Source of the DNA: Magallana gigas
Lineage: Eukaryota
Reading direction: 5' to 3'
DNA length: 64,000 nucleotides
Assembly: GCF_963853765.1 (NCBI RefSeq)
Contig: NC_088861.1
Span: 37,820,001 to 37,884,000, forward strand
The stretch's first letter is position 1, and every line of letters starts with the position of its first letter. Positions 21,501 to 33,090 of this stretch are shown here, one piece after another. The notes beneath the pieces were generated by a model, which did no database searches, was not told the origin of the DNA, and saw only the letters and a program-made list of their open reading frames with translations. The position numbers were made by a program, and so were the translations under genes.

Positions 21501-23900
21501 TCGATGTACAAACTGTGGGTCTGAATCTGAAGGTAATATACATTTTTTTCTTGGGTGTCCAAGATACACTCAACAAAGAGTTAAACTTTTTAATCAATTT
21601 AATGACATTAGTGTCCATTTTCATATTAACAATATTCTTTATGGTAGTTCTTACTTTTCATACAACTTAAATTGTAAAATTGTTTCTTATATTCATAGTT
21701 ATATTATAGCTTCTAAGCGTTTTTGATTTTTTTTTCAAGCGGGCTGGATCATGACACCAATATTCTATGTATGTCTGTCGGTATGAATAAATGAGGTGAT
21801 GGGTTTATAAATGTAGGAATGAATGTGTTCATGTATATGCTAAACAACAAGTTAATTTATCATCATATGACAAAAGTCAAGCTTATTGTTTATTATCCAA
21901 TTATCCTTTGTCTTGTATACAAATATATCAATAATATACCACTCTGTAAACTGGTAAATTATACTCTATACTATATACTATGATTTTTTATAACACCACT
22001 TCTTGACTTTGTATTTTGGAGAGGGTTTATATATAGGCTTTGCCCGTTGCCTAATCCATTTGATTACTCAATAAGATATGTTTAAATTAAAGAAGATAAT
22101 AATTTTATTTTGAATAACTCCTCTTACTGAATGGGCATTTTAACATTCGGTAACAAATTATATACATGTACAAATCTGTAAAACAACCTTAATTAAAAGG
22201 TTAATTGGTTCCGAAACATGCATTTTACTCAGAGAAACAATGCGTTGGTATGAAACCTACACCAAAATGATATACATGTACGTACATGTAAATTAGATTG
22301 ATATCCACATATTTTTATCAATAGAGAAACCAAATTCTTGCTATTTGCAGCTTCTTTTTTGCTAACTAACATAAAGAAAATTGACACAAATAATCAGCTG
22401 TAATTGTTGGAAAATTCTGTGTTTTGTTTCAAAAAATAAAATGGCTAAAATGAAAATAGTAATCACGATTCAATATCAAGTTTGATTGGTCAAATATTAT
22501 CATATTATCAATATAAATGGTAAACAATAAATTTTGCATATAAAACCAATAAATATTTAATCGTTAAACGCTCCGCATACACGCATACATTTAAATGTAC
22601 ATATTGAAGAAAAATGTTTCCCCGACAGTTCAGTGGTATATTTGAGTATTATCTTGTTTGTTTTAATGCATTTGCTCAATACAACAAAACTTAATATTTT
22701 TCAAATTAAATTTACAAGAAGCGAAATTAAATGGTTAAAAAAAAAGTGATTACAGTAAATAAAAAGATGTTGATTACGCTCTCAAAAGGAGTTTTTGTTA
22801 GTTTTCCCTTCATTAAAGTCTTCTGCTGTTTCATTTTCTATTCCTCGAACAATTCTCAAACATCACTCAATCAATCGGATTTTCCAATCAATCAATCATT
22901 CAGCTGATTTTTATTTGTAGACATATCTACCTACTAACTCGATTTCTGACTTTCAAATCATAGTTGCATTGTAAATTTAGGCATTAAGAATGCCCAAGTA
23001 AACCACTAAAAATGGAAAGAAATCGAGAGATGTAAGATTAATTTGTGACCATGCCCCTTTAATTAATAAATTATCTATCGGATAGTTATCTTTTTCATTA
23101 ATTAACAAAATATATGAATACCTTTTTTTTTTTAAAAAAATCTAGAATAAACTAAAGTTTTTTTGTTTTTTTTCAAAAGATGTTGGCTCTTCTTAAGTAT
23201 TTACACCGACAATACTGTTGCATTTTTTCCAGATATACTTCATTGTGATCCTTACCTATTTTGTGTTTATGCATGACATTGTGTATATGCAAGTAATTAT
23301 AACAAATATCTCATTAACCAGTGGTCTTGTTTTGAGAGTATGGTAATATTCTGGTATTTTATTAACAGAATCCGACAAGACCGCACTGATCGCCGGAACA
23401 GCCGGGGGAGCCCTGCTCCTCGCATTGCTGTCTCTGCTTGCTGGCTTTCTACGATACAGATTCCGGAAGGTAAGATTATATTTAATACTGTATATGTCTT
23501 TATTAAAATTTAGCACTATCCTTTTGATCTGACAATGATTAATAACGCATGTTCATATCGGCAAATATTGAGCATAGATAAAATAATCAATAGAGTTCTA
23601 AAAATGGTATTAGAATCAATAGATAAATTAACTTCCGGTGTGCCTTTTTAGAACATGTACTCGCATTAACATGAAGTCAGATACATTTATATCAAACAAC
23701 ACTGATTCTAAAAAAATATTATCTGTGTCTACCAGAATATAATCTAGTAACGTAAAAACGCTGATATTGATTTCAGGGATGTTTTTTTTTTCTTTTGCTA
23801 GAATAAAGTCAGTGCCGAAGATGAGTACACCAGCCATTTTGGAACCTTGAGCGACGCCAACAACGTCGCTCCTATTGGATACAGACAACTGACTGAGTGA
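3577..23900 (+). CDS. Type I membrane protein, 434 aa: signal peptide, SUEL/Gal-lectin-like domain, CUB-like domain, Ser/Thr stalk, TM helix, short Tyr-motif tail; exons 3577-3670, 16578-16958, 18798-19166, 20032-20292, 23369-23469, 23802-23900
   Basis: All six exons have GT-AG junctions with compatible phases (1,1,1,1,0), total 1305 nt. Signal peptide MCCGMGFFHVIWTLFLPFLFICVLFSTKSGT; 10-Cys domain; 6-Cys CUB-like domain; TM ALIAGTAGGALLLALLSLLAGFL followed by RYRFRK; tail ends IGYRQLTE*. TATAAAA at 3518-3524. Domain names are motif-based. Confidence 0.8.
7045..7662 (-). repeat. 3' LTR of Gypsy element 1
   Basis: Direct repeat of 13683-14300; TG...CA ends; minus-strand AATAAA at 7175-7170. 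Confidence 0.97.
7844..8509 (-). CDS. Accessory ORF of element 1: zinc-finger protein (C2HC + C2H2, NLS-like motif, acidic region), 221 aa from the ATG at 8509
   Basis: CPFC...HVILC and CLTCGVRFKKNSYLLKHMKRH; PPAKKQK; Glu/Asp-rich middle. It lies between the pol stop and the PPT and is preceded by a pyrimidine-tract acceptor tcctttcag| at 8520. Confidence 0.8.
   Translation of the reverse strand: MANTKLTKAKQQEGCPFCDKPVNEPWQDHVILCSGQKHKCLTCGVRFKKNSYLLKHMKRHAQPATVTPPAKKQKLSPSQSLEKAPERIESTLTTPGLEEDDSPSEWETQDPGNLEEVLLGSCSGTDEEEESMAKDEDNELEIGRIVRKKTQPVLFTGRRSEETNRDQKVRNESSNLEPSTRDVAVQTEPILYVHSTKKVTTKWENGVKVKVIEKKKSLNMV
8610..9236 (-). pseudogene. Out-of-frame integrase C-terminus of element 1
   Basis: PHDTTGFSPNYLMLGRE...WQGPFLV (GPY/F module) continues the integrase in a different frame. 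Confidence 0.9.
9170..13591 (-). CDS. Gag-Pol polyprotein, 1473 aa, frameshifted near the end of the integrase core
   Basis: CCHC knuckle CYNCHEEGHISRQC, protease LVDTGA, RT YLDD, RNase H LDTDAS...TDH, integrase HHCC (HDKRTAGH...CEVC) and D,D(35)E core (ATD...SDQG...VERFN). The frame breaks after WDKQLPYL. Confidence 0.95.
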   Translation of the reverse strand: MALDNITEEIQRIEAELEELNRTTFEHSMKLREDMKQQTSTPAHQTVRKSDSGIMSEGPTEIRFKRREYNQMYDPEYQEDLSFTASPRFREKNRIEVRENEPRITVRRQRPLEAPTEKDEGGYKNPDTSFKKPSNYIKPATFDGSASWLDYKSHFEACAALNGWTDREKGLYLAVSLRGNAQGVLGNLAGELGRNYNELVRALEDRFAPANQTELYRVQLRERIQKATETLPELGQTIRRLAHLAYPTAPNDVRETLAKEQFIDALVDADMRLRIKQARPQSLNDAIRLAVELEAFIQSDFRRIEQKSHLRMANGDSSRNDDADNTDELTKCLKGLQSSLNELKSEIREMRKPDDSRRSAQNGSKQRHLPKTIKCYNCHEEGHISRQCPSKQKNRKRPVESNYGPKAPRPASVSAAKTRPEEEVKQPSVAFNRPSEAGMYAVVCIGGTEIKMLVDTGATVTLLSERAYDRVQQSNGTFAIDKVKQDIMTAEGRSLRVLGKIVTNIQLGDREYLSQIVISDITVDGIIGLDFMTEHKCSLDIPKKVLSIGREKHSLLLEGTLGCYRVVASESFVVPARSEIITTCDVCVPDGVNLCSGLGIVEPKDCLITTNRSLVGRTLVNSETRVPVRFMNLSQDPQTIYKGTNIGQLCPVEKVLETTKATDHQMTWSRELETLSEVTKYRLNQEQRKSVDKLIENYAFLFASSDNDLGRTNVVKHKIDTGDARPIKQPPRRLPVHMREEADKLVDDMLRRNVIEPSSSPWASGVVLVKKKDGSTRFCVDYRRLNSATLKDAYPLPRIDDMLDSLSGASWFSTLDLCMGYWQVEMEPEDKPKTAFATRKGLFQFRVMPFGLCNAGATFERLMETVLAGLNWEICLIYLDDIMVISKTFEEMVENLSKVFGRLAGAGLKLKAKKCSLFSRSVEYLGHVISDKGITTDSKKVEVIKTMKAPANVSELRSFLGICGYYRKFVKNFAGIAKPLHKLTEKNNTDSFTWSTDCQTAFDQLKTALISAPVLAHPDFNKSFILDTDASNFAMGAVLSQVHEGKERVIAYASKVLSKSERQYCVTRKELLAVVYFTKYFKHYLYGRKFILRTDHSSLRWLTTFKNPEGQLARWLEVLSTFDMEIQHRPGKQHLNADALSRLPCRQCGYDIDDDKEPHVRRAKADDKEFAFDEPYIKTIQDNDKELKLVKEWMGKEKKPKFREISSQSVFLRSLWSQLDILTIENNLVCRRVKDTDTGLENLQVVVPMSERRRILLDCHDKRTAGHLGINKTIARIRSKFYWPGLNKDVRRYVNGCEVCGKRKPSFAGQRAPMQIVQSGFPMDRLATDIMGELPVTDSGNKYILVVSDYFTRWTECFAMPNMEAKTVAQIIVEEVIVRLGVPYTIHSDQGRQYESELFKEVCNLLQVEKTHTTPYHPQSDGMVERFNRTLEAMLSSCVNQNHTDWDKQLPYLTILLGSVQIILCSVEKQLPR
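13683..14300 (-). repeat. 5' LTR of Gypsy element 1
   Basis: Direct repeat of 7045-7662, followed on the minus strand by the PBS and the gag ATG at 13591. Confidence 0.97.
14107..14188 (-). promoter_or_regulatory. LTR core promoter (TATA + Inr) and two consensus 5' splice donors
   Basis: TATAAA at 14188-14183; TCAGTC Inr with its A at 14157, 31 nt from the TATA start; AAG|GTAAGC at 14122 and C|GTAAGT at 14107. Confidence 0.65.
16135..16297. mobile_element. Short MITE with tgcgcggatc-type TIRs and poly-G/C tracts
   Basis: tgcgcggatctaga versus the reverse complement of tctggattcgcgca, 12/14 match. Confidence 0.6.
18094..18300. mobile_element. MITE, copy 2 of the tactgtatacaggg family (inverted relative to copy 1)
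   Basis: Same TIRs and internal ttcgccc/gggcgaa motifs as 737-950. Confidence 0.8.
19402..19880. repeat. Interspersed repeat with a ~159-bp imperfect hairpin (19402-19560) and a duplicated gaccaatcgataaac motif
   Basis: aacaataaaatgccttctttggtga... pairs with ...tcaccaaagaaggcattttattgtt. Family not assigned. Confidence 0.6.
20880..22090 (+). mobile_element. 5'-truncated, frameshifted non-LTR retrotransposon (CR1/L2-like ORF2 C-terminus) in an intron of the receptor gene
   Basis: FIRPILEYGDVVWGNC...LEKVQIEAARIITG...ELGWETL...LFYKIIHGLAPQYL, then a C-terminal C-x2-CG-x3-E-x3-HFFLGCPRY zinc motif in another frame. Ends are approximate. Confidence 0.85.
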
Positions 23901-24003
23901 AGCTATCAGTTAGTGGAAGATACTGTCACTGCTTCAATATCTATTTGATGATCTATTTTGTATTGAAATAAATGGGTTTTTTAAAAATATAATTATCGAC
24001 ATT

Positions 24004-24149
24004 NNNNNNNNNNNNNNNNNNNNNNNNNNNNNNNNNNNNNNNNNNNNNNNNNNNNNNNNNNNNNNNNNNNNNNNNNNNNNNNNNNNNNNNNNNNNNNNNN
24101 NNNNNNNNNNNNNNNNNNNNNNNNNNNNNNNNNNNNNNNNNNNNNNNNN
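24004..24149. other. Assembly gap (N run)
   Basis: Run of N. Confidence 1.
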
Positions 24150-25256
24150 ATTCAACAATCAATGCACTGACAATACATTGTGTTTCAGAAAAAAAAACTG
24201 TGATATAGTTTACACGATTATATACCAATTATATGATAAAAATAATATACATATTTAGCAATTTATAAATTCGTATTTCGTGCGATCTTGCTCAATACAT
24301 GTATCAACCCATATTGTTTTATTTGATATTTTCTGATATCCATTTCAGGTCCCTCTATATCCAGTATTCTTTTTAATTAATGTCAAATATCTTATTTTAT
24401 TTATATCAATTCTTAATGCGTTTGTTTTGTATTTATTTCAACGTAAATCATCTTCCATACCACCCAGTGATATGCTTTATATTTCCATGTACTATATTTA
24501 TGTGATCGTTTTAATAAAATTTGATTCAAAAGTTGTTTTGTCCATTTAGCCGAAAATATTACATGTACACATGATAAATCCAACAGATGCATATTTCTGA
24601 TGCATATGACTTGCATAGACACAATCTTAATTTATCATAATTATTGATTTAATACTATATCTACATTAATATCGTTTTCAAGAACCAAGTACTTTTAGTA
24701 CAATTTAGCCAGGTTTAATATAAGACGATTTTACTGTATCAGTCTACCATGAGGTTTCCAACATGTACAGTTACTTTATACCCAAATGTATTTGATAACA
24801 GAGAAAGATAATGATTTATTTTAATAAAAATTATGTACATGCATAAGTATGCAATATCTTGCTATCACACTTTTGCAATGACGTTTTCAAAGACTAATGT
24901 TTCCACTGATTCTGTTTCATACAAGCAAACCTCAGCGCGCGTTATCCGCTTCTGGAAATTTGTTAAATATAGATTGTACATGTAGCATAAATATAATATG
25001 TTTTCAGGCAAACAACTCTAGTATATATGATATTATATAGCTGCTGAAACAGTGAAATTAACCTTTTCGGCAGAATGATGTGCATATTTCATTGTGTGTT
25101 CGTATATAGCACATGTATATGTTCACGCAATACCATGGATTAAGTGTAGTCCGAAAAATACAAACAGTCGGGAGTTCCAATCTAGTAACAGTGAATGCTG
25201 GCACAATCTGAATTTACACTTTTAAAATGATCCAAAGTGTATATGCATGTATCAAT

Positions 25257-27544
25257 TCAGACGGTGTCGCTATGGCTTCGACTTATTCTTTTCTTGAACC
25301 CTTTCTTGAAAGTAAACAGCTTAGATTTTGTCTTATCATTAGCCACCACGGCGGCCTGAGAACAATGTTTCACAAACTCCCGCTTCAACTGAATAACGAG
25401 TTCATCCATGGCTTCCGAAACACCGCTATATCCATCCGCCACTGAGACGTCGAACTTCGGACAGTTTAATTGCTCCGCCAAAGTAGTCCCTTCACTGTCA
25501 CTGACTTTCCTCACAGATAACAGGTCACATTTGTTCGCTATCACCACAGCTGGGATCTCCTGACCCCTTTGTTTGACCAGCATGTCTTTTAGAGTGTACG
25601 CGTACTCATAACTTGACTTGTCTGTGATGGAGTAGATGAACACGAACCCGTCGCCCCATTTGATGTGGTTCTCCTTGTGTTCTGTGCTGTCCTAAAACAC
25701 AAAACACCATACTATAAATACTTATTTTAAAGAAAGTATAGGATTTTATGAAGTAATACAATATAAAGCTTGATAATTTATATCAGATGCATGTGGAAAG
25801 AGAGCTTGGGAACTACATCTAAAGGGATTAACAAATTATTAATATACCAAAATCATTTTCAAAATGATTTTTGTGCATACGTATGATGTTCTAATTTAAA
25901 TATTAACTTATAATAGAGCAAATGTTGAGACTGCACCCATCATGCGCATTAGATATCAATAAACAAAATCCATCTGAAATACATAAACGTTTATTTTATA
26001 TGCATGTTTCTGTTTCAGATTGTATTTACTCAAATCAAGAAAGAAACCTAATAAACACGACAAACTTTATTGCATTCATGTTTCTCTCTGTATACAGTTC
26101 TAAGTATGTTTCAAAACTTATGTGAACCATCAATTGTTAACAGCTGTTCACTTATCCATTTGATGTCGATTGAATCTTTACGTCCTTTTTATGCTATGAA
26201 TAGCATTAAATGCCTTGGGATATTGCAATGTTTATTTCTTTATCTTCTCTGCAAAAAAGAATTCATTGCCTATAAATTGCCGGTTTCCTCAACATTGTGT
26301 ATTTCTTTTGGGATGTTATATGCTATACACTTACATTGGCTGCCGTGTCGATGATTTCCAGAGTGACGTCATCACGTGGCGATGGTATTTTGTGATTATA
26401 GAGCATCTCTGTTAAAAATAGAACAAAATCTACATTACAATCAGTTATCTATCAGGATGAAAATACACACGTGTCAAAACAAACTGGCATGTATGACTTG
26501 AAACGAAATGTAAGATGAAATTTGTATATATCTCGCAGACGTTTGATGAATTGGAATGTCAAACGTATAGAATTTCTCATTTCTTTTCGACGTTTTCGAT
26601 GTTTTGCGGGATAAAACTCAAAGAGAAACCAGCGAGATACTATCAGTGAGTGTTAGTATCAGTGACTGGTCTGAAGATAACACAAATAGGTTAAATATGA
26701 CAAATCTAAAATTGTTCAACAAATAGGTAAACAGGACCTTTAAGTTATGTCAAATCTATATATAGATTTGGAAAAGTCCTCATATTTTAAACACTAGGAG
26801 AGCATTTTAAACGAATACAATTTTAAGAACTTTAATAAGATTGTTGAACAAACATGCTCCTTCATTTTGAAGTAAAATAATAATTAATAAAACTGTCAAT
26901 GATTAAAATTGATATGTCGAATTTTACTGTATCTAGTTAAATGTTGGTAGTTTAAATTGCTGGAACGTTCCAGAAAAAACCTAAATACGTTTTTTTTATG
27001 TGATGAAATATTTAAACCGGAGACAGCCTGTAGGTAAATCACGTGGATTCACAATGAAATAGAGTGAATAAAGTAAAATATTAATGTTGCCAATATCATA
27101 AAACACACATAAGCAAGACGTTATATATTTATCTCATATCATTTACATTTTCCAGTGTCTATGTGATAAAATTGCTGAAAATTATATAACTACGTAACAA
27201 GGAATCATTCTTTGAGTATTATGAGGTAATCAAATACGGCCGTGGGCGTGCTCAAAATTATCATAAAGCCATTCCTTAAATAAAAAATTGTATATACTAT
27301 CCAGTGATGCATATTATTAGATAAGGGATATATATATTTCATTATGAAAAATATACATTTTAAATATAACGTCAAAAGCGTAATATGGTCACCCTCTTCT
27401 GTGAAAAAAAATGAACATGAGAATAGCTGTTTATTCCCCCCACTTGATGAATTTCAAGCTATATTACACAAATATAAATTTTCAAAATTTATTCTATTAT
27501 CATAAACAAATCAAACACTGCTGTTACATTTTTTTTCTTCACAA

Positions 27545-27616
<72 letters not shown>

Positions 27617-30600
27617 CTGAATTGGAGAGTACACAAATTCTCCAAACTGTATCCAAATTCAATACATTCATTTCTTAGAAGTGTACACCATTCTTTGGAA
27701 TAAGTTTGTTATTACAAGGATATGTAAACGACGCTTGGAAAAGAATCTTTGAGATGCTTTGATTCTATATCCAAAACCACAAGTTCTGGTATAAAACCAT
27801 ATAGTCTCAAGGATGTTTTCTTATTCTCTTCTTCAAATACATTGGTAGGTTGATCCAATATTTTGGCTCTTATCGTAAGGATAACTAACACATGTGTTCC
27901 GTATCTTGCCATGAAATGATAAAAAAAATTGTATGAAATAATTTATGACAGGATTTGTTGATAGCCAGGAATTCATTTGAAGACGATATTTTTAGCTATT
28001 GAAGGATTACCGACTAATAGACGGTAATGAGTATAGTGCATTTTTTTTTATTAGGCGCGGGGTTATTTAAGGGAATGTTTGAACATTTTATATAAAATGT
28101 AAAGAAGGTGCACACACCTTCCACAAATGTGTGTCATACTCAGCCGAATAATGGGACAAAAATAAAACATGGGTAATCCGGACTTCTCTCTCAACACAAT
28201 CAACATTTTAAATGCCCTTAAAAAACCGAAACAACCTTATGCTATGCTACTACCGACTTTACGTATTTAAAAAAACCCACAGACAACTTAAAATCATCTG
28301 TTTACAGTACTTTATGATGGGAAATGAAGGCTCTAAAATACAAGTACTTAGACATCACATGATTAGATAACACTTTCTTTTTTTATTTTACTTCCTTGAT
28401 CTATTTTCAATCTATTACGACACACTTTTTAAAAAAAATAGTTGAAAGAAATGTTGAAGTTAGTTATTCATTCTAATATGACTGTATATTTTCAAAATGC
28501 AGTTTTAAGATATTCTAATGAATGAAACGGGCATCAGGAAACAATGAAAAGAGACGCATGGCATACTTGTTTACCAATTTCTAAATTTGAATCCAATATT
28601 TTTGCTAACTTTTTTATATATGTAGGTCTATATTGAGTATTTTTTTTCAAAATTAATGGACAATTACACATATATTTTACATGAGTTTACATTACGTTTT
28701 CTAAATACATTCAAGAAAGGTATTTTTTTTCTGTTTCATAATACTGTGGTTTCATCAATATTCGTTGATTCATACCAATTTTCGTGGATTTCGTTATTCA
28801 GTTGATCCACGAAATTAAGTGTTCATTGAAGTGCAATTTTCATTATCATTTTGTATTGATAAGGTTATTGGCCACGAATTTGCGTATCCTTGAATCTGTG
28901 ATTTTTACTTTATCCACGAAAATAAATACCCTTGAATATCAATGAAACCACAGTAGCATGTTTAATGTTTTTTTCTTCCCAAATAATATTCATTATATTC
29001 TGCAGAAAGTCTTTAGATACCAGCATTTAGAATGATATTTTTGTACATCGTACTGTTTCCTTTGGACACCCAAAGAACCCTGAAAATGCTTTTTATTGGC
29101 TTGATGAGTGATAATGTCAACTTGCTTTATAATGATTTTTGGTCACACAAATTCAGCTACCACCCTCATCCCACCTCTAACCGCCCTCCCTGTTATTCAT
29201 CCTCGGGTTGTGTTCACTCGTGTCGTTGTAGAATTTATACACGTAATTGTGTATAGATTTACAATATCATACAAACTTTCTTTTATTTTTTTTCCACAAT
29301 TTAAGGTATATATATATATATATCCTTAAGTAACCTTATGCTCGCAAATCTCGCCAATATTTATCATGTGTGTATAATTCTTAGTTTACAGTGCCTGTCC
29401 CCTCTTTAATCCATTAATCCGTCTGTCTGTCTGTCTTATATATCTACACACACAGACCCCGCCGTTGTCTGTCTTACCTTTGTTCCTATCGTAGTCCCCT
29501 ATGTATCGCTTTGTCATGTACCGGACCACAAATGCTGAAATAAAGTAATAATATGTTTACATACTTGATAAATTAGGCTAAGTCATGTAAAATAAAACAT
29601 AGGATACATTGAAATACTTGAAATCGAATACACAAATATTTTGTATATTACTACGATTTTTCATAATATACATGTATTTGATTATTAGGATGCATGTTAC
29701 TGCAACTGCACAATGATAAATAGAATTGAAGGCAATTATGCAAATTGGTTCAAAACTATAAAAAAGATGTAAGAAGCATCTTGAAAAAATGACATAATAT
29801 TTAACCAACACACAAAAATAATATTATTTAAATCAAATTCATCTTTCTTTCAAACGTTGTGACACTAAGTATATATATATCAATGTCTAAAAAAATGCAG
29901 GCTTATCTTTATTGGAAAACTAGACTTTCAATCGATCTTTAATAAACATGTACAAGCACAAAGGTTACAAACGGGTTTAGGTGCACTCAGAATTACGCAG
30001 AGTAATCCAACTGCAAATATTGCTTACGTCTCTAAAAAAAAACATGGCGTATAACACAAGTCGACTTATCGGCATATTTGTTTTTAGGAGATCTTCGGAG
30101 ATCAATAACACTACATGATTTCTCCCCTGGGGGTTATCTTGACTCGGCGGAAGGGAATTATAACCCATCATCTGCCGCCATTAGGTCGACAGATGGCGCT
30201 ACAATCGTTAACTTTACATTAGACCTTCATTTAGTTAGGGAAAACATACCAACATCAAACCATTTTTTATTTACTTAAACAAAGGAAATATGAAAGTTCA
30301 ATTTCTTTTTAATGTTGAAAATGAAAGAACCCAAGAAAGATGTGCTAGGGGGTGTTTTATTTAATAAGCAACTCTTTTCAACGCCAACAAACTCGGTTCG
30401 TATGGAAAAAAAAGATGGCATTTTTACAGAGCGTATTCCACTTTATCATAGACATGATTATGTAATATTTGTGTATAAATGTCTATGAGAGCTGCGCTAC
30501 GTGACTAATGTACAGGCATGTACGTATATTGGTACATGATTTTCTTACCCTACATATTAATCAACTTTATTGGTGGCAATAATGTGAAAACTGGCAAGAA

Positions 30601-33090
30601 TTTACAAAATATTGTGTAATCATTTGTAGCTTAATTTTGAAGTTTTTGTTGACACCATAAGCACTTACCCAACAAATATTATTCCGGATTCATTGCAAAA
30701 TTCATTATACAAACAAGCCCATCTGCGAAATAACTTCACAACGAACTTTTCGAAAAATTGACAATCTAATGAAATTGGCCCATTCCGAATTAGAATGACT
30801 CCTCGCTAGAAAAAATGTATACGAAATAATGTATATTTTCATCATATAAAGAACAGTATTTATTATTATTTGAAAGAATATACCAGTAGTTTTTATGGAT
30901 ATCCAAAAACCCTTTCATTACTCGGAATTTAAATACATTACGCGGCAGATAGCTGTATACATAGATCTGTCTGCTTACAATGATTCAGAAAAGGGTGAGA
31001 AAGACGGACATATTGGCATGTAGAACACAGACATCTCCAAACAAAACAGAAATCTCGCGAGAAGTCGAGTTTAAAGTTGATTGATTTGTTCCCGATGTAA
31101 TTTCCGGTAGTTAATCTCGTCAATAGATCTCATGTTGATCAGGGGATCTGAAGCGCTTGAATCACGTCATTTTTAGATTGCTCACAGGGGGATCTGGATA
31201 TAAACAAATTAACGCTGCAGAAATAAGTCTACCATGTGGGTCTCTCTCAAGTTTTGATTTCTTATTTTCAAAACGTAATCCAGGTATAATCAAAATTTTG
31301 TAAAAGTGTTGGTGCGCGTGATACAAAGGTAAAGAAAAAATCGCATCGCTGAGAACATGGAGAAAACATTATGTAATCTACAAAATGTACTTTACCCTGT
31401 ACTATAAATCAAGGCTAAAATTAAAAGCTGTGGATGATAATCTATATCGTACACAGGTACATACACTGTTTGTACATATATGCATATATATTTCAGGACC
31501 TGGCATGTCAAATAATGAAATCGTTAAAATCCCCAGGAAAACGGCAGATGTAATTCGGACTTGTAAACATTTTGCCTGTTGTTCGATTCAATTTAATATA
31601 ATCAAAAGCATATCTCCATTAGCACTCAAAGTTAGCTGTTTGTTTATACTACATGTACTTCTCGCTATATCTTTCTCAAACCACCAGTGTCATTCACGAC
31701 CCAATAGAAATAATTCCATCAAAACTTGAACCCCCCCCCCCCAAAAAAAACCCAAAAGATATGAGGTTTTGCTGGTCGTGGCCACCCCCACCCCAGTGCA
31801 CTTTTATAAGCTGTGCCGGGCATGGCTGTCACTGATGATGCAGCATCACGCCAATGGCGTCACGCATGTAAATGATGTTGATGAGTATTCGGATAATGTT
31901 GGCGATAATCCTCATCACCATTATCTCATTTCCATGTAGTAACTCATAATCTCCTGACTATATATTCTCGGTCAATTAAAGCTTACAATACTCCTAGAAC
32001 ATCAACAAGAAAGCCGCTTGCTTCATAACGTCGCAACACGAGTTAACACATCGCCAAATTAAATCGCTTTATTTCGTTTATTCCAAAAAACCCTGTCGTT
32101 TTTTTAAGAAGACAAATTGCAGATAACGAATCAGACGCTTGTATCGAGCTTTATGTGTTTGATCCTGTACCTAAAAACTCGTCAAAATAAGAAAAAAAGA
32201 GCAGAGCACATGGAAAATATAAGAAGTGTTAGGAAAAGAACACAGATCTTCAGTTCGTTCCACTTTAGACGATCTCTTTCAATTATTGTTCAAGCTAACG
32301 CAGTGGTGAAAGCATACTTTGTACCGACAGTTCCCGAAATCATTAGATGAATATCATTTTCATAGGAGGTTTTTTTTTTGTTTATAAATATTTCTTCTTT
32401 TTCGCGAGATATGAAGAATGTTAATGCAATTATATTTATCAAATTGCAGAAATTCCTGTAAAATAAGTTCACATCATAGCTCGGTATGATAGTTTAAAAT
32501 TTCTTTTTTTAATTGATTTTTAGGAAAACAAATTTAAGCATGACTGTGTTTAATCCCTAACATGTATCATTAGAATAAAATATCTTCAAATCAAAGCGAT
32601 ATATATTGATTGAAGTAGTATATTGGAGGATGTTTAATGATTGTTAATATTTAATAATCTTGTGCATGCTAATTAGCTTAAAAAGATAACACTACATAAA
32701 AGCAATTTTAACAGCATTTAATTCATAAAAATTTACCAAAATAAATAAGTAAATAAATGAAAAATGAAAAGACAAAAAATATCTCTTTAACAAAAAATTC
32801 AAATAAATTTTGCTCGTATTTGCCTTCATATTATACTTTTTTAAAGTCAACTTGATGCATAAGTATAATGAAAACTCTACATTTAATTTTCAGACACAGC
32901 ATACAGTCATGTAATACGTTATGAAAAAAATGTTGACAGTATAAACTCATGAAATATTCTTCTTATCGCACAGTTATTTATAATTACACAATAATGCAAA
33001 CATAATTTTATGGAAATACTCACCCGTCTTCCCGACCCCGGGACCGCCAAACACCACGATTTTAGCTCCCGTGAATCTCCGGACCGACAT
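25257..33090 (-). CDS. RERG/RASL11/RASL12-type Ras-like small GTPase, 210 aa; exons 33090-33024, 29534-29478, 26408-26335, 25691-25257
   Basis: G1 GGPGVGKT, FVVRYMTKRYIGDYD, G3 IIDTAA, HIKWGDGFVFIYSITD, G4 NKCD; no CAAX; basic C-terminus. All junctions are GT-AG and in phase (633 nt). Confidence 0.9.
27547..27612 (+). repeat. (GA)n microsatellite, about 33 units
   Basis: Direct reading. Confidence 0.98.
28742..28955. mobile_element. MITE with TA-flanked TIRs (tactgtggtttcat...atgaaaccacagta)
   Basis: 14-bp perfect inverted termini including TA. Confidence 0.8.

Noticed and set aside
23934-24228. ORFs spanning the N gap
   Set aside because: Artefacts of unknown bases.
27411-27671. ORFs with RE and LS dipeptide runs
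   Set aside because: Translation of the (GA)n microsatellite.
26335-29534. Deviant GTPase switch motifs (YDRN for YDPT, DTAA for DTAG) as evidence of a novel pseudo-GTPase
   Set aside because: Asn at G2 and a non-Gly at G3 also occur in RASL11/RASL12/RERGL-type proteins, so this is family-typical.
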